NCBI GenBank assembly: GCA_003228105.1 | Contig: QGNN01000004.1 | Coordinates: forward strand, 1-62,820 | Reading direction: 5' to 3' | Length of the DNA: 62,820 bases | From: Chloroflexota bacterium | GTDB lineage: Bacteria; Chloroflexota; Dehalococcoidia; Lucifugimonadales; UBA826 | Shown: one piece after another, positions 60,951 to 62,820 of the stretch | How the letters are laid out: every line of letters starts with the position of its first letter | How positions within the stretch are numbered: the first letter of the stretch is position 1 | Notes under the pieces: model-generated | What the model saw: the letters and a program-made list of their open reading frames with translations, nothing else | What the model was told of the DNA's origin: nothing | Databases searched by the model: none | Program-made: the position numbers and the translations under genes

Positions 60951-61618
60951 CTTTTGGCCCACCTCTTACTTTGGTCTTCTAGAGACGGTTTCTCATGTCT
61001 CCCAACCTCCTCCCAGTCAGCTGTAGATCCCTTAATTGGATCATGTCCCCGGTTCGTCAATTGCGGTCTGAACCAGGTGCTTGGCTTCTTTTCAGCCGAT
61101 TTGAGTTGGTCGATATTAATTACTAAATCACTTCTTCGGTATTTTCCCTCTTCAAATCCACTGCCCATATGGAGCGCATCATAGGGGCAAGCTTCAACAC
61201 ATAAACCGCAAAACATGCATCGACCTATGTCTATATAAAACACATCTATATCGTAACTTTGGCCTTCTTGTTGATTTACACCGCTAGTTCCAGTGACAAT
61301 TTTTATTATTCCTAAAGGGCAATACTTGGCACAACTTGCGCATCCTGTACATCTACTATCGTACCAGGCAAATTCTTCTCCCCTGAAATTGGCATGCTGA
61401 GGCATGCGATCGGTTATTGTTTCAAGTCCCAGCAGGGATCTTAAAGTTTTTAATGGATGGGTTGCTATGAAAGATACTGGATTTTGGTTATCCACTTTGG
61501 CAAGGTCAAATGGACTAGCTCTTCTATTGGGGTATTGAACTATATTAAATTGTCGGCTTGGGGACACAAAATTTTTCATAGTCACTCCAAGTCCCTTGAA
61601 CAAACCTAATCCATACAT
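60947..61618 (-). CDS. nuoI: NADH-quinone oxidoreductase subunit I
   Basis: CTGCASCAKYCP and CMFCGLCVEACP 2x[4Fe-4S] motifs; position between nuoH and nuoJ. Confidence 0.92.
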   Translation of the reverse strand: MYGLGLFKGLGVTMKNFVSPSRQFNIVQYPNRRASPFDLAKVDNQNPVSFIATHPLKTLRSLLGLETITDRMPQHANFRGEEFAWYDSRCTGCASCAKYCPLGIIKIVTGTSGVNQQEGQSYDIDVFYIDIGRCMFCGLCVEACPYDALHMGSGFEEGKYRRSDLVINIDQLKSAEKKPSTWFRPQLTNRGHDPIKGSTADWEEVGRHEKPSLEDQSKRWAKR

Positions 61619-61619
61619 T

Positions 61620-62801
61620 TTAGCTTTCCTTTATGCCCATATTTGCTAGTGGAGACGGTGTGGGTTCTGGTCTAGTATATTTTTTCCTTCCAACAACATT
61701 CGCCATTATCAAAATAATGGCTATCGTTATAATCCAGTTAATGGCGCCAATAATGAGCATGTACTCTGGGGTGAGCGATACAGAGTCACTGGCTAGTCCT
61801 CCAAATTGGTCGGCAAGGCTGAATTCCAACGCCACCAAAAATATATTAAACAAACCTAGTCCAAATAATGTTTTCCAGGCAAAGCCCATAATTTGATCTA
61901 TTCGTAATCTAGGCCAAGTAGACCTAAACCACAAAAGAACAAATATTATAATGAACATCTTCAGGGCGAACCATACACCGCCAGGTAAAAAGTCGAACCC
62001 CTGAGAGCCACCTAAGAACAGAGTCGTTACTACTGCAGCAGTAACTAGTGGGGCCATAAATTCCGCCAGAAACAAAACAGCGAACTTTATACCGCTGTAT
62101 TCAGTGTTATATCCGGAGCCCAATTCCGATTCGGCTTCAATTTGATCAAAGGGAGTCCGACTCATTTCTGCTGTGGATGCTGCCATGAATACAAAAAAGC
62201 CCATGGGCATTACTAAAATAAACCAGACGGATTGGCTGCTGACTATCTCGGTCATTGCTAAAGATCCTGAAAGTATAAGTACACTGGTAATACCGAGTGC
62301 CATCGGTATCTCGTAACTTATTAGCATCGCTGCGCCCCGCATTGAACCTAAAATGGCATATTTGTTGCGAGACGCCCAGCCAGCCATGAATATAGCGATT
62401 GAGTTAACTGAGGTCACACCAACGATAAAGAGAATTCCAATATTAAGGTTGCTTAAAAAAGCGTCTTCATGGAGGAAGGTTCCAAATGGGATCACGATCA
62501 TGATCATTAATGTGGGGGCCAATAGTGCGATAGGAGCTAAGGTGAAGACGGGTTTGTCCGCTTCATCTGGTATCGTATCTTCTTTCATTATCAATTTGAG
62601 AACATCGGCAAATGGTTGGAGCATTCCGAAAGGCCCATTTCTGTTGGGTCCTCGTCTGACCTGGAATCTAGCTATCATTCTTCGTTCGAACCAAGTGTAA
62701 AAGGCTGTTGCCATCACCATCACGTTAATTATCAGAAACGAGATCGATATTCCGGCTAATAGGGTAGCTAACCATTTGAAAGATTCTCCAAATCCTATCA
62801 A
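61620..62801 (-). CDS. nuoH: NADH-quinone oxidoreductase subunit H (5' end may extend beyond the window)
   Basis: ERR..ARFQ.R.GPNR.GPFG.LQPFAD, SYEIP, RTPFD..EAESEL, PRLRIDQ. Confidence 0.95.
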   Translation of the reverse strand: MIGFGESFKWLATLLAGISISFLIINVMVMATAFYTWFERRMIARFQVRRGPNRNGPFGMLQPFADVLKLIMKEDTIPDEADKPVFTLAPIALLAPTLMIMIVIPFGTFLHEDAFLSNLNIGILFIVGVTSVNSIAIFMAGWASRNKYAILGSMRGAAMLISYEIPMALGITSVLILSGSLAMTEIVSSQSVWFILVMPMGFFVFMAASTAEMSRTPFDQIEAESELGSGYNTEYSGIKFAVLFLAEFMAPLVTAAVVTTLFLGGSQGFDFLPGGVWFALKMFIIIFVLLWFRSTWPRLRIDQIMGFAWKTLFGLGLFNIFLVALEFSLADQFGGLASDSVSLTPEYMLIIGAINWIITIAIILIMANVVGRKKYTRPEPTPSPLANMGIKES

Positions 62802-62820
62802 TTCGATTAAGCCAGCGAAA

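Noticed and set aside
346-62700. Numerous 60-190 aa ORFs antisense or out of frame within well-supported genes
   Set aside because: They lie within conserved genes and have no recognisable motifs

Overview
A gene-dense, roughly 40% GC bacterial chromosomal window. Gene content suggests Chloroflexota/Dehalococcoidia, probably SAR202-like (inference from the F420 reductase NpdG, PAC2, cyclase/RraA/enolase/SelA-like/SDR catabolic genes, the long RpoD insertion and a GAAC-N4-GTTC LexA-type box). It carries mostly housekeeping genes: dgt-dnaG-rpoD, rplY, nfo, secDF, cca, def, etfBA, lipA, rlmD, maf, tatABC, rplS, priA, prfB with its +1 frameshift, an oppABC-type transporter, glmU, nadK and nuoH-N. 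I saw no rRNA, tRNA, CRISPR array, transposase or prophage. The main unexplained signals are: (1) two tandem desulforedoxin-like microproteins (38 and 47 aa, absent from the ORF track) with their own near-consensus promoter, next to lipA; (2) an 83-aa unknown gene with a LexA-type operator inside its promoter spacer; (3) a 64-aa DUF2007-like gene embedded between nuoK and nuoL; (4) two unknown genes on an apparently leaderless transcript between dgt and dnaG; (5) a rubrerythrin-VIT1 (MbfA-like) gene split by one in-frame TAG at a motif Tyr; (6) a collagen-like lipoprotein followed by a decayed 397-bp tandem duplication; (7) a hydrolase whose only plausible start codon is ATA.
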